A stretch of DNA of 64,000 nt from Euprymna scolopes (Eukaryota), in assembly GCA_053919585.1 (NCBI GenBank), contig CM132793.1, one strand, 5' to 3'. Below the pieces are notes generated by a model that worked only from the letters and a program-made list of their open reading frames with translations, did not search any database and had not been told where the DNA came from. This document shows, in pieces, positions 1-11,288 of this stretch (position 1 is the stretch's first letter; every line of letters begins with the position of its first letter). Both the position numbers and the translations under genes were made by a program.

Positions 1-542
1 ACACTGAATCACTTATCACAATATTCTGTGGATCTATATTAAACAACCTTGTTATACTTTGTGACATATTTCCATTCTGTGGAGGTCAGGAGCGGACGAA
101 CACCCCATAATTTTATTATACCATTTTTCTTCAAACTGAAACATGATTATCAAAGTATACTTACGCAGATAGATATAAAACGTATTTATTAAAGTGTGTG
201 CCTATTTTCATTCTATGAATTCCAGGTGCGAACGCAGATCCCACAATTTTATTATACCCTCCCTATTTAAGTTAAAACATACTTTTCAAAATATTCTTAA
301 GTCCATCTATATCAATAATACTTGTAAAAGTTTTTTTTTCATTTTTTTTAATTTTTTATTTCCATACTTTGTGGACCAGGCGCGAACTCAGACTCCACAA
401 TTCTAATAAACCACCGTTCTGCCAGATCACACATACCCATTCCTGTGTCTCGAAACAACTATTATGATATGTGATCGGTTTTCTATAATAGTCAACCATA
501 TAGGAGCCTATTCGTGGGCAGACACACAGACAGACGTATACC

Positions 543-607
<65 letters not shown>
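1..607 (+). mobile_element. 3' part of a non-autonomous Helentron/DINE-1-like element with central ~136-154 bp tandem repeats
   Basis: Three diverged repeat units (anchor CAGG at 87, 223, 377), then GATCGGTT...GGAGCCTATTCGTGGG, a CAGACACACAGACAGAC microsatellite (519-536) and a (TA)n tail (546-606). This layout is typical of DINE/HINE elements. Confidence 0.5.
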
Positions 608-1368
608 CAACTGATCATTATATATGCATAGCAAATAAGTGTGTGTAAAGATCATCTAACATAAGGAAATGAACAGATAAAAACGTAAAGTTGGTCTGAA
701 GTATAATTGTTGGTGCCGAAAATATATTTGAATGTTGCATCGCCCCCTTAGAATTTGTTTCTATTACGGTTACAAAATAGTGTGACATTCTACTGTAAAC
801 ATAAAATTGAAGAAAAACACGTTTATGCTAAAATATGTGTGTGCCTTTCTCTTATAATTTTCCCTGGTGGGTTTCCTCGGAAAATTAACCGAAATATTTT
901 GAATCGGCATATATTTTCTAGTGTAGAGACTTCATGGCAAATTATATTCTTATCACGATAGTTCAATGCATGTTATTAACTGTCAAGTAGCGGATATAGT
1001 AATACATTTGTGACGGATTTAGCTAAATAAAGATGCTTGACCTAAACCCCGCAAGGGGCCATAAACCCCCTAAATGTGTCTCACGTGTGCAGCTTTCAAA
1101 TGAATACTAAGTGTACCAAATAAAACTAGAATATTTGTACGGGCGATCAGATATGGACGATATAGTATGCCATTGACAAAAATAGGTTAACTAAAGTTAA
1201 TATATGCCGCAGTAAAACTCGAAAAATTAATAGCAATTCGTAAATGTTTAAATGGGAAGGAAGAACATACCGCGTAAACTGTTAAAATATGCTCGGTGGT
1301 AAAGCTTTTGCCAAAGCAATGAAGAATATATTATATAAATTATCTATTGACGATGTTATAATTTTTTC

Positions 1369-1415
1369 ATAACAAGGAATGATAATCTGTATTACAGATT
1401 ATCATTCCTTGTTAT
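1369..1415. repeat. Perfect 47-bp palindrome (23-bp arms, 1-nt spacer)
   Basis: ATAACAAGGAATGATAATCTGTA-T-TACAGATTATCATTCCTTGTTAT; the arms are exact reverse complements. Confidence 0.95.
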
Positions 1416-2630
1416 ATATGTATATTTTTTTCCAAAATAGAGGTTATCAATTTTCATAAAAAAAAACATTATCATTTTTTCTTATATTTTCTTCAGTTGT
1501 TTGTTGGTAATTGTTTTTGCCACTATTCTATTCTATAAAACCAAATGCTCCAAAATGACAGACATATTCACCTTATCACTAGACTGGTTGTTAAGAAATC
1601 AAAATTGAACAAATTAATTTATTTTTCTAAATAACCGAGACTACGATTAACGCCGCTTTTTATCAAATATTTTATTACGCTGTAATATTGATAAATTTAT
1701 TAGTAAATTAATGCGTATTAGTTGATCATCGCAACTATCGAACCTACTTACTTTATGAACTGACGATTAGTTTTTAGTATAAGGGCTAAGGACATGTCTA
1801 AAAATTCGGATACATTTTTCTAATATTAATATTACTGACTGTATTGAACTTGTGGTTGTAAATACGATTTATCTTAATTTTTAGATACGGATTCTGAACT
1901 GAGAATATAATTCAAATTATTATTACGTCCATTATATTTTTTAAATGGGTATTCTAAACTATACTAGTTTTTTTCTTATTTCGTTTAGGATCTCTAAAAA
2001 ATAGCCGTGAATACAAAGCATATAAAAATCGGTTTGTAATATTTACGTTTAGGAAAGTAGCGCAAAATCATACAGAATGTTTCGCTTTGTGTTAATTATA
2101 AAGATAAATTACCTATATTTGTTATACATAATAGCAATCTTCTAATATTTTATTTTTGTAAAGATTCAAACAGGGGGGGATTTCTTACATTAAATAAAAT
2201 CTTCGAGATGGACCAAAAATATTCTTAGCTTTGTACTTCTAAAAAAATAATACAAATTTAATATTTTCGCATGAAAGCGTAAAAAAACTAAGTTTGCATA
2301 ATTTATTCGATGTTCTTACATTTAATACACTTGAACATCAAAGTACTTTTATCATTTTGTGTTAGTATTCGTTCATGTAAATAATATATTACTTATATTT
2401 TCATTTACTGCAAACAAGAATATAAGATAAACTCGCGATTGTAATTTTTGTGTCTAAGTTTTATATATACATGTTTAATAAATTAATTTGATTTGATAAG
2501 GCGAAATTATTAGATTGTCAGAAACATAATAATGTTAAGGAAATACTTGTGGGTGATAGTGCATAGTACAGACCGGGTTTCTATTAATGCTTGCAGACGT
2601 TTGCCCGCCACTGATGTAAACAACCGAAAC

Positions 2631-2749
2631 ATGGCGAGCGTTGCCAAGCAAATTTTACAAAAGCTAGGACATATAAAATGCCAACATTTATCAAATACGA
2701 ATACCAGAAGAACATGGAGAACAAGCAAAATAAAATATAACAATCCCTC
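2631..2749 (+). CDS. Putative first coding exon of a host gene; mitochondrial-presequence-like N-terminus
   Basis: Strong start context GAAACATGGCG; open frame MASVAKQILQKLGHIKCQHLSNTNTRRTWRTSKIKYNNP (basic, S/T-rich, no D/E); canonical donor GTAAGT at 2750 (phase 2). No downstream exon was confidently identified. Confidence 0.4.
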
Positions 2750-4272
2750 GTAAGTTTCCTCAATAAATATTGTTTTTTTTTTATTGTTTTGTGTAAAAAT
2801 ATAAAAAAAACAACATTTTTCTCGCGTGATTAAAAACTAAAATGTTGGTGAGGGTGAGGGTTTTGAGTTCAAGGAATATAAAGGTTAGTCTAATTTTTTG
2901 TTCCGCTGGTCATTAATTGTAGCAATATTCTATTCATACTTCTGTATCATGTTCTGCACTTTTTTTAAGATTCTATCAGTTTGACAGTATTGTACGACTT
3001 AGTCTGACATCAGTAATTAATTGTCCAGTATACATTAATGATCGTGTGCTCTGCTATGATTTATAATAACTGACACTTTTTTCCTTGTCTTTTAATTTAA
3101 GAAAAACCGTATGATCGGCTTCTCATAGGAAAACCTCCTTTGTTGCCCGATTCTAATTTGCTGATGAATGTACACAATGCTCAAAATATTTGGTTGGTTT
3201 TCCTACGTTTCCGGTCAAGCTCTTTCAAAAATTTACTAACATCCAATTAGCAATATGAACTAATGCTTACTTTTAACTATTATTTCTTTGAATTTCTTAA
3301 ACATAAGTGATTGCAATCTATTGCATAAAAAATTAACTATACAGTCAGACGTGATACTTCTTGTAGCAAAGTGTTTTAATGTAGAGCCCTTGAAATTTCA
3401 ACATAAAATGACAAGTAATATATTATTATCAATTTTATTTTTGGTGTATTTATACAATACATTACTATTGAAATCTGACAGTACTATAAAAGGGAAGGGA
3501 TATATCAATTGTTTTAATTTATTTTACACATGAACTAAAATCTAATGTTAAATATTTTATGCGTTATAACGTCTACTGTTAATTTTCATAACATACTGTA
3601 TTTTATATTTACTGATCAGTTCATATAAAATTACTATTATATATATATGTATACATTATGTTAACACTGCTATATAGTGCGTATCATCTGATTATTTTAA
3701 CTACTGATACAGCTTGTATGTTATACTTAAACGTATTTGCCAATTTGACCTGAAAGTTAGGGGTTGGTCAATATGAGATCTGCAAAATACAATATAAAAT
3801 GCTAATATAAAAACCTGCATTTAAGCAAACTATATTGACTATTCTTATATTTTCCAAAGCAGGCCAGATAATTAGTTGGTAAAAATGTGGTGAGAACACT
3901 ACGGATTACAGTAATAAATGGTGATACAGTCAGAAGGCTCTGCATTCTTAATCTGCTGCGACTAATCACATGGAGACCAAAGGATGAGTTTTCCAAAACG
4001 TTGTGATACAACTATACGCATGAAGGTGGCAAACCCAGTCAGCAAATTAATTAAAAAGTGCACATCTCAAAGAATAACCACCATATAAAATGGAAAATAT
4101 GTTATAAAAAAGCCCTAATTTATAACAGAAAATCAAACCAATCTTAACTTCGTGGTCAATTATCATTAAATAAAATGATTTCTATGAAGATTGTAATCTT
4201 GGAATTCCTCACATAATTATTGCGCCTGTATCAAATAAAGTTTTATAACTTAAGCTGTTTATGATATTTGAT

Positions 4273-4311
<39 letters not shown>

Positions 4312-4569
4312 ATGTGTGTGTGTGTACTATATATATATATACGGGGTGAATCGATAACATAACGTTAGCGTTTTATTTTGAATATTTTAACAGGTCGCCA
4401 TAAAAACCATAAGCAAATCGTTTTTTGAGTTCCTTTTTGGAATTTATTAAATTGGGCAGTGTTTTTTTTTTTTTGTATTTTGTGACTAAAGTTACTACTT
4501 TGGCCATCCCATATATTGAATATTTTTATTCTATCAGTTACGAACAGGGTATCTAAAGTTTTTTGACAA

Positions 4570-5280
4570 TGAAGGCGTTCGGCTTTTTGTTAACGATTTA
4601 GTGTTAATACTCTAGCCATTTCCAGATTTTGCTGTTATTTTTTACGTTTTTATAAAAGTTTACCAATTTAATTGTGGCCTAGAACGCCAAGTAATGATTG
4701 AAAGATTGGAACCAGACTCAATCTGGAATGTTTGGAGTTATTGGAATTTTAACATGTCTCTCAGCTGTGTTGTCTAATTGAGCTAAAACTGTTGGTTTCC
4801 TTATTTTTCTGACAGATCAGCATTGTGATAAGTTATGATTATTTTATTGCTATTCTTGCAATATGTTTTCGTCCTGACTGGCCAATATTTCACCCAATGC
4901 CATTTACTTTGATAATAACAGAATCTGGATGATTTCTTTAACCTATCCGTGTTTTGTGTAATCCTGGATTAAAAACATGAAATTCCCGTTTTGCATTACA
5001 CTTGACAGAAGTTACTCTTGACAGTCCTCTGCGATTTTTTTAGAAAGACAAACATTGTTTGTTTTCAAGCTTGCTCAGTATCTGTTGAATAACATCAACG
5101 TCTTTTGTTGATACTAGAACTTGTGTAAATTTTAAGCACTAGAAATTTCTGGCAGTCATTTCGGCTTGAGTGAAATTATTATAGAGCTTTTTGACCTACA
5201 CTTACAAGGTTAGGACACATTACTGGTTTTCCTTAACTACGTTTTCGTATTTACAATATTGGTGGAACTAGGTTGTGTTC
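4570..5280 (-). mobile_element. Highly decayed Penelope-like element 3' fragment (GIY-YIG remnant)
   Basis: The minus strand at 4866-4889 reads NIGQSGRK, resembling the GIY-YIG YIGQTGR motif. RPQLN-like C-terminal residues lie near 4670-4690, followed by a degenerate hammerhead-like trace (CTGGAAA-tGGCT...AGCC-GAAC) at ~4575-4625. Confidence 0.35.
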
Positions 5281-5372
5281 GGCCAGAATAGTTTCGATAT
5301 AATCTTAATAGTTTCCAACAAATCTAAGTCTTTATTTTTGTTGGGTAATATCAAACTCACGAACTTACTATG

Positions 5373-5586
5373 TGTTGTGAGGAAACATTCTCCAAATGGG
5401 CTAATCCATCGTCCATATAAACTAACTCATGGCGGTATCAGGCAGGGATTTAATTCCAGAACAAACCGCATGCTCGGTGAACTACCAACACTTTCGTGTG
5501 TATCATTTCCGCTGTTTCCATATAATACATATTTTAAACTGTTATCCTTTGTTCTGTTCTTGTTATGGCTATTTGCGACCATAAGA
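5373..5586 (+). repeat. 5' LTR of Gypsy element 1
   Basis: Starts TGTTGTG immediately after the TSD; aligns along its length with 14683-14901; followed by PBS-like CTGCCTAC. Confidence 0.85.
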
Positions 5587-6889
5587 CTGCCTACATTGGA
5601 TTCGAGAAACATGCTAATTTCTAAAACAGTGTCCCTCCCCCCAAAACCCGTCAATATTGGATTCGAGAAGTATGCTAACGTCTAAAATAGTGTTTTCGAA
5701 ACACTAACGTCGTTGGCCTCAAATATTTATAACGCCTAAGAAAGTGGCCAGCATAACACTTACGACTGAGGGATTCACGGATTTAAAAAAAAAATACATT
5801 AACAACTGTCAGTTTACCCTAACAAAACAGATACGTACGGAACAAAAAGGAGTTGGCAATAAAAAGTTCCTTGGTACTTAAAATTGTAATTTTTACTTTG
5901 AAAAACTAAGTTCGTCACTTTTCTCAACTAAGGATAAATCATTGTTTAATTTTTTTCCAAAGGGAAATATACACTTGTCTTTCTTGTTAGACAATGAACT
6001 GTTTCCCTAGATTTATATTTTAGGGGCTTGCTTCATTGTCATAAGAAAAAGTCAAAACTTTTTGTTTTATCCAACAGATAACAAACGTTTTTTTTTTCCA
6101 ACCAGACAACGGACGTTTTAAAATTGCTAAAACAAATCAGCCAAAATTGACGAATTCAAATTAGCGTTAAACTGCAAATGGAAGCGGCCGCGTCCAATAA
6201 CATACAGAAGACCGACAAATTAAATTTCCAAAAAGACGACCGAAGCTAAAAAGCAGGCGATCGAAGCTCCAAAACAGTTGGCAGAACGCTAACAACGTAT
6301 AGACCAATAGACGTGATTAAAAAAGCGGTCGGCCGAATTAAACAAAACAGTTGCCCAAAGCAGAAAAACAGTTGCCCGAACGTCAATTACGAACAAAAGA
6401 ACTACTTGCAGAAGTCGTCAAGAAAAACGCGCACGTAGAAAGCAATTCAGCTTTTTCTCAAAAAACGATGTGGCACGCAATAAATATTTTAAGTACGAAG
6501 AAGATAGAAAAATCAATTACAACATATTCCAGGGGATATGAAGACTTTTAAATACCGACTGCGGTAACTGGTTTCATCAGAAGAAGACCAGACTGCTGGT
6601 ACTAAAACTTGAAACGGCAGAACATGAACAATTCGTGGTCTACATCAGGGGTCGGCAACCTACGGCACGCGTGCCACAGGTGGCACGCCAAGCAATTCTA
6701 ATGGCACGCCGAGCCTCCAAATCTTTTAAACTTCATACAGCCAAAAGGAAACAGTTCTCCTTGGAATTATGAGGATATCTGCGATCTCTTGCGTACTCTT
6801 GCCACCTAAGTGCATGCCCACAACAAGAAAACGCGTTTTATTTTTGTCCGTGCGAACCGTAGGCGTTAGATGCTCCATGCTCGTTCAAA

Positions 6890-9217
6890 GTATGTTCTGT
6901 CAGATACTATAATTTTGAAATGCGTTTTGAATTGAGTCTGGTGACTCAGTCTCACCGACCCAGATGAAATACAACGTAGCGTGAGAGAGTTACAAATGTA
7001 AAATTTAGTCAAAAATCATAATAAAAAAATCTAATAAATATATAAAAAGTAACTTATCAGACGAAAATAAATGACCATTAAGTAAATGAATGATTCCTCT
7101 ACAAAAATCAACAATAAAAATAATCAAGAATTCATAAATTTGGAAATTAAAGCAATATTTTCAGAGATAGGTTGATAAAATCCGCCCAAAATTTCAACGA
7201 ATCGCCGGAAGTTTTGTTTACATCAGCAGCAGCGCTGACATTTGAAATCTACGGATGCCTTGAAGTGTATATAAAATTTAACTTGAAATTATAAAAAGTG
7301 TATATGTAAACCAAAAAATCTTTTGACTATGATTATCTTAATTAAAATAAAACACTTACCAGTGATAATAACAACACGTGTAACATGGAGTTTATTTGTT
7401 TTTGTTTAAATTTATTTTAATATTTATACAAATAAAAAAACAATGCCGGAAATAAGTTAAGAAAAGTATATAAATTTTTATTTGTAATTATAAAACTTTT
7501 GTTTTTAGCTTTTTATTATTATTTAAGTTTTGTAATGAAACTAAGTATATGCTACCATATTCAAAATATGATAAACCTTATTAGGAAACAAATTATTTTT
7601 TGGTAGTCATTTTTTTTTCAATATCTGTCTGGCTGTCTGTCTGTCGTTCGTTTAGCAGAAAGAGAGAGAAAGAGTGAGAAATGATTATAATGTTCTGGAA
7701 CAATATGTAAAACCCCTCCTTTTTTCACACTAAATGACACTATTTACCATCCCTTGTGAAGAGACGATGACTGGCAATGGGTCATTTTGGGGTTAAAGCT
7801 TACCAAAAAAAACAAACTTCCATTTTTGTTATCTCCCTATACTGTAACTCTCTAACTTACCACTTACCCTTTCTTTCACTAAGCTTGTCATAAATCTGTC
7901 ATCAGCTCTAAGAGAGATTAAAAACACGTGGACTCTATTTGAAAAAAGGAGAATGTTTGTTGTGAGTACTTTAAGCTTTAAATAATGATTATAAATAGAA
8001 GGGATAACTTTCAGTTTATATTTTTTTTTGTTTTTAAATATTTTTACATGTTTTTTTTTTCGTAACATTTACTAAGTGTTCCGATACAGATAAAATAGCT
8101 ATTTTAGCAGATCTTCGAAAGAGCAAATTTAATTTTAAGGGAAAGACTAAAGAAACTTTAATTTTTTTAGCATGATAAAAATAAAAAAATTACACAGCTC
8201 ATAAATCTTTTTTAAAAAATAAAAGAATGTACATATTTTAAACTTTAGCGTTTATTTTCAAAATGAAGGGATAAAGGTTTAAAAAAAAACAACACATTAT
8301 TTTATTCATTTTTTTATGATCTTTAAATAAAGATATAAATTAGAGTGTTCCGAGACGAATTATGAATAGAAATTCATACTTTCATACTTTTAGACAGAGG
8401 GGGGGTAAAAATAAATAAAAGAAGTATGAAAATGAATTTTTCAGAAAATAATTTTATTTCCATTCGAAAGAGCGTAGAATTTTACATAAAATCTGAAAAA
8501 ATGAAAAGGATTTGATGAATAGAAAAAAAATTATCGATTTTTAAAATCATAGAAAATTTTCAAGAATTTACAAATTTACAAATTGAAATTGAAACTATTA
8601 CGTGAAAACGCTCACGCGCAGTAAGGAAGCTTTGACTTTTTTGTGATATTTTTTACGATAAAATTAATTATATGAGATTTTATTTTAAAAAGTTTTACTT
8701 TTCTTTAAGAAAAATCTTTCCTAAACACAATGAGCTAAAAAAAAATTGAAAATTATTAGTTTTAAACATTTTATTTGCTGTTTGAAATTGAGGGGTGTTA
8801 AATTTAGGAAGGGTGCTAGAGTTACAGAATTGTTCAGTGGTCAGAATATGAATACAAGATAAGGTATAATTGCCTTTCAAATTCTTGAAATTGTACTTTT
8901 AATTTTCAAGCTCGTAACTGGGATTAGAAGAGATGAGCAATTTCGATCATCTTCATACTAAACAAAATGGTATGATTGGAGGAATACGTGGATGAAATAT
9001 TTTTTTTAAATTGTGAATGCCACGCACGAATAGGATCCTAGCTCGAGCTAATCAAAACCTTTAGACTTTTTCTGGGACACCCTGTACATAATTTTTCTCC
9101 ACAATTTTTATTAAAATGTATCCTGGTTCTCCCACAGCAAAGGCAAGAATAATTTGTTTGGTATTATATATATATCATAATTGATGTTTACGTAATTAGG
9201 CCTATTTATATTTTCAG
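6890..9217 (+). other. Putative 5'-UTR intron of the hAT transposase gene
   Basis: Donor-like GTATGT at 6890; acceptor CCTATTTATATTTTCAG ending at 9217, 19 nt before the ATG. Confidence 0.4.
9060..9088 (-). repeat. Orphan Tc1/mariner-type terminal repeat inside the hAT
   Basis: The reverse complement reads TA-CAGGGTGTCCCAGAAAAAG, a typical Tc1/mariner MITE terminus. No partner end was found by eye. Confidence 0.4.
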
Positions 9218-9236
9218 AATACCCCTGCTGTTAGAT

Positions 9237-11093
9237 ATGACTGAAAAGAAAAGAAAACTTGATCATCGCCCATTTCAAGACAATTGGACAATAGAATATG
9301 GATTTGTGGAACAAAAGGATCGTGCTGTTTGTGCTTTCTGTTGCGAAAGTGTTGTGTGTCGCACATCTAGTGTACAAAGGCACTTTCAAACCAAACATCA
9401 ATCTAAGTTTAAAACTTCAGAAGAAAAAGGTGAAGCCATCAAAAAAGCTATTTCTGGTTTCAAAAAACAAACTGTTATTTTGATCCAAGCTGTTGGAATG
9501 AAGAGTAAAGCTACTGAATGTAGTTACAAAATAGCCCAGTGTGTGGCTTTAAATGGTAAACCTTTTACAGATGGTGAATACATCAAAGAAGCTTTTTTGA
9601 GTGGTGCTGAAGTTTTGTTTCGTGATTTAAAAAATAAGGACATTATACTCTCTCGAATTAGAGAAATACCAGTCTCTGCAAGATCAGTTGAGAGGCGCAT
9701 ATCTGACTTGGCTGAAAATGTGACAACTAAGCAAACAACTGGATTAAAGCAATCCCTTGTATTTAGTGTCGCTCTTGATGAAAGCACCGATGTAAACGAT
9801 GCGTCTCGCCTAGCAGTGGTTGCAAGATATCTCGAGAATAATCACATTTATGAGGAGTTGTGTTGTTTATTACCCCTTCATGATACAACCAAAGCAGAAG
9901 ATATTTTGTGTGCATTTACTGGTTATTTTTCTAAACAAGACATTAACTTGAAGAAATTATTCTGCGTAACAACCGATGGTGCTGCTGCAATGGTTGGCAA
10001 GAAGAAAGGATTTGTAAAACTTCTGGAAAATCATGTTGGACGCAAACTGTTAAGTTTTCATTGTATTATACATCAGGAGGGCTTATGTGCAAAGACCTCG
10101 TCTTTGGATTTGGTCTCTGTGATGAAAACTGTTGTTGAGATAATCAACTTTCTTATTTCTCGCTCTTCATTGGTTCACAGGCAATTCAAATCGCTTCTAC
10201 AAGAAGTTGAGTGTGAATATGGAGATCTTCTGTTATACAACAATGTTCGCTGGCTTAGTCGAGGCAAAGTTTTAGCTAGATTTGTTTGTTGTCTTGAGGC
10301 TATTAAGATGTTTCTTGATGAAAAACAGAAACGATTCCCTCAGCTGAATGATGAAAGCTGGTTGTTGAAGTTGATGTTTATGACCGACATAAACACACAT
10401 TTGAATGAGCTTAATTTGAAATTACAAGGACAGGGACAAACAGTCCTTGATCTTTTCAGCTATTGGAAAGCGTTTACAATGAAACTTGACATTTTTACCC
10501 GTGACATCAACATCAAAGCATTTAAGTACTTTCCAAATGTGAAAAATCATGCAAATCAATTCGAAGTGAACACAGATGAGCTTCAGGAGTACGTGAAAGC
10601 ACTCAAAGCAGAATTCGAAAAACGAAGCCAGGACTTCTACATTCATGGATCCTTATTTTCATATCTGATTAAGCCCGACATGCTTGATTTGACAAATGCC
10701 CAACTGGAACTTTTTAGCTGGATGGACATTGATGATTTTGAAATGCAACAGATTGAATTTAGGTCTTCAGAAATATGGACATTAAAATTTGCTGAACTAA
10801 GAAAGTCTCTGGAAGATGAAAATTTTGAAAAGTCTGGTGCTATTCTGAACTGTTGGATCTCCCTCCCAAGCTCATTCATCTGTTTGAAGAAAATTGCTTT
10901 TGCTCTTCTCTCAGCTTTTGGTTCAACTTATTCTTGTGAGCAAATTTTCTCTCACATGAAAGCAGTGTTGTCTCCACGTCGAAGTCGTCTAACACCTGAA
11001 CATTCAGAAAACTGTGTTAAGCTCAAAGTTACAAAGTATGTTCCCGACATTGAGGAATTGGCAAAGACCATGCAAGGACAAGGGTCCCATTAA
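9237..11093 (+). CDS. Intact hAT transposase, 618 aa (GTF2IRD2/EPM2AIP1/SPIN-like)
   Basis: N-terminal NLS KKRK, BED finger CAFC...HFQTKH, catalytic D (ALDESTD), D (TTDGA), CxxH (HCIIHQ), RWLSRG and E (YSCEQIFS), plus the C-terminal dimerisation region; no stops. Confidence 0.95.
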   Translation: MTEKKRKLDHRPFQDNWTIEYGFVEQKDRAVCAFCCESVVCRTSSVQRHFQTKHQSKFKTSEEKGEAIKKAISGFKKQTVILIQAVGMKSKATECSYKIAQCVALNGKPFTDGEYIKEAFLSGAEVLFRDLKNKDIILSRIREIPVSARSVERRISDLAENVTTKQTTGLKQSLVFSVALDESTDVNDASRLAVVARYLENNHIYEELCCLLPLHDTTKAEDILCAFTGYFSKQDINLKKLFCVTTDGAAAMVGKKKGFVKLLENHVGRKLLSFHCIIHQEGLCAKTSSLDLVSVMKTVVEIINFLISRSSLVHRQFKSLLQEVECEYGDLLLYNNVRWLSRGKVLARFVCCLEAIKMFLDEKQKRFPQLNDESWLLKLMFMTDINTHLNELNLKLQGQGQTVLDLFSYWKAFTMKLDIFTRDINIKAFKYFPNVKNHANQFEVNTDELQEYVKALKAEFEKRSQDFYIHGSLFSYLIKPDMLDLTNAQLELFSWMDIDDFEMQQIEFRSSEIWTLKFAELRKSLEDENFEKSGAILNCWISLPSSFICLKKIAFALLSAFGSTYSCEQIFSHMKAVLSPRRSRLTPEHSENCVKLKVTKYVPDIEELAKTMQGQGSH

Positions 11094-11288
11094 TAATAAA
11101 AACTTTTCAGAAACAGTTTTTTCACATTATTTATAAACTTTGACATTATTATATATTTTATGAAATAAATATAGAGAACAGGTATATTGACCTTGATCGT
11201 TATAAATAATAAATGTTGGCACGCTGAATAATTTGAAACCCTAAGTCGGCACACGCTAAACAAAAGGTTGCCGACCCCTGGTCTACAT

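Larger units (their letters stand above)
6646..11280 (+). mobile_element. Complete hAT DNA transposon, Buster/Charlie group (4635 bp)
   Basis: Perfect 16-bp TIRs CAGGGGTCGGCAACCT (6646-6661, 11265-11280); exact 8-bp TSD GTCTACAT (6638-6645, 11281-11288) fitting the Buster nnnTAnnn target; subterminal GGCACGC repeats at both ends. Confidence 0.97.

Noticed and set aside
3984-4050. RMKVANPV resembling the N-terminus of NADP-IDH
   Set aside because: Only a short match; the following residues do not continue the motif and there are no compatible splice sites.
9237-11093. Annotating the ORF as host GTF2IRD2, EPM2AIP1 or ZBED gene
   Set aside because: Intact TIRs and TSD and insertion inside a Gypsy element show it is a transposon copy, not a domesticated gene.
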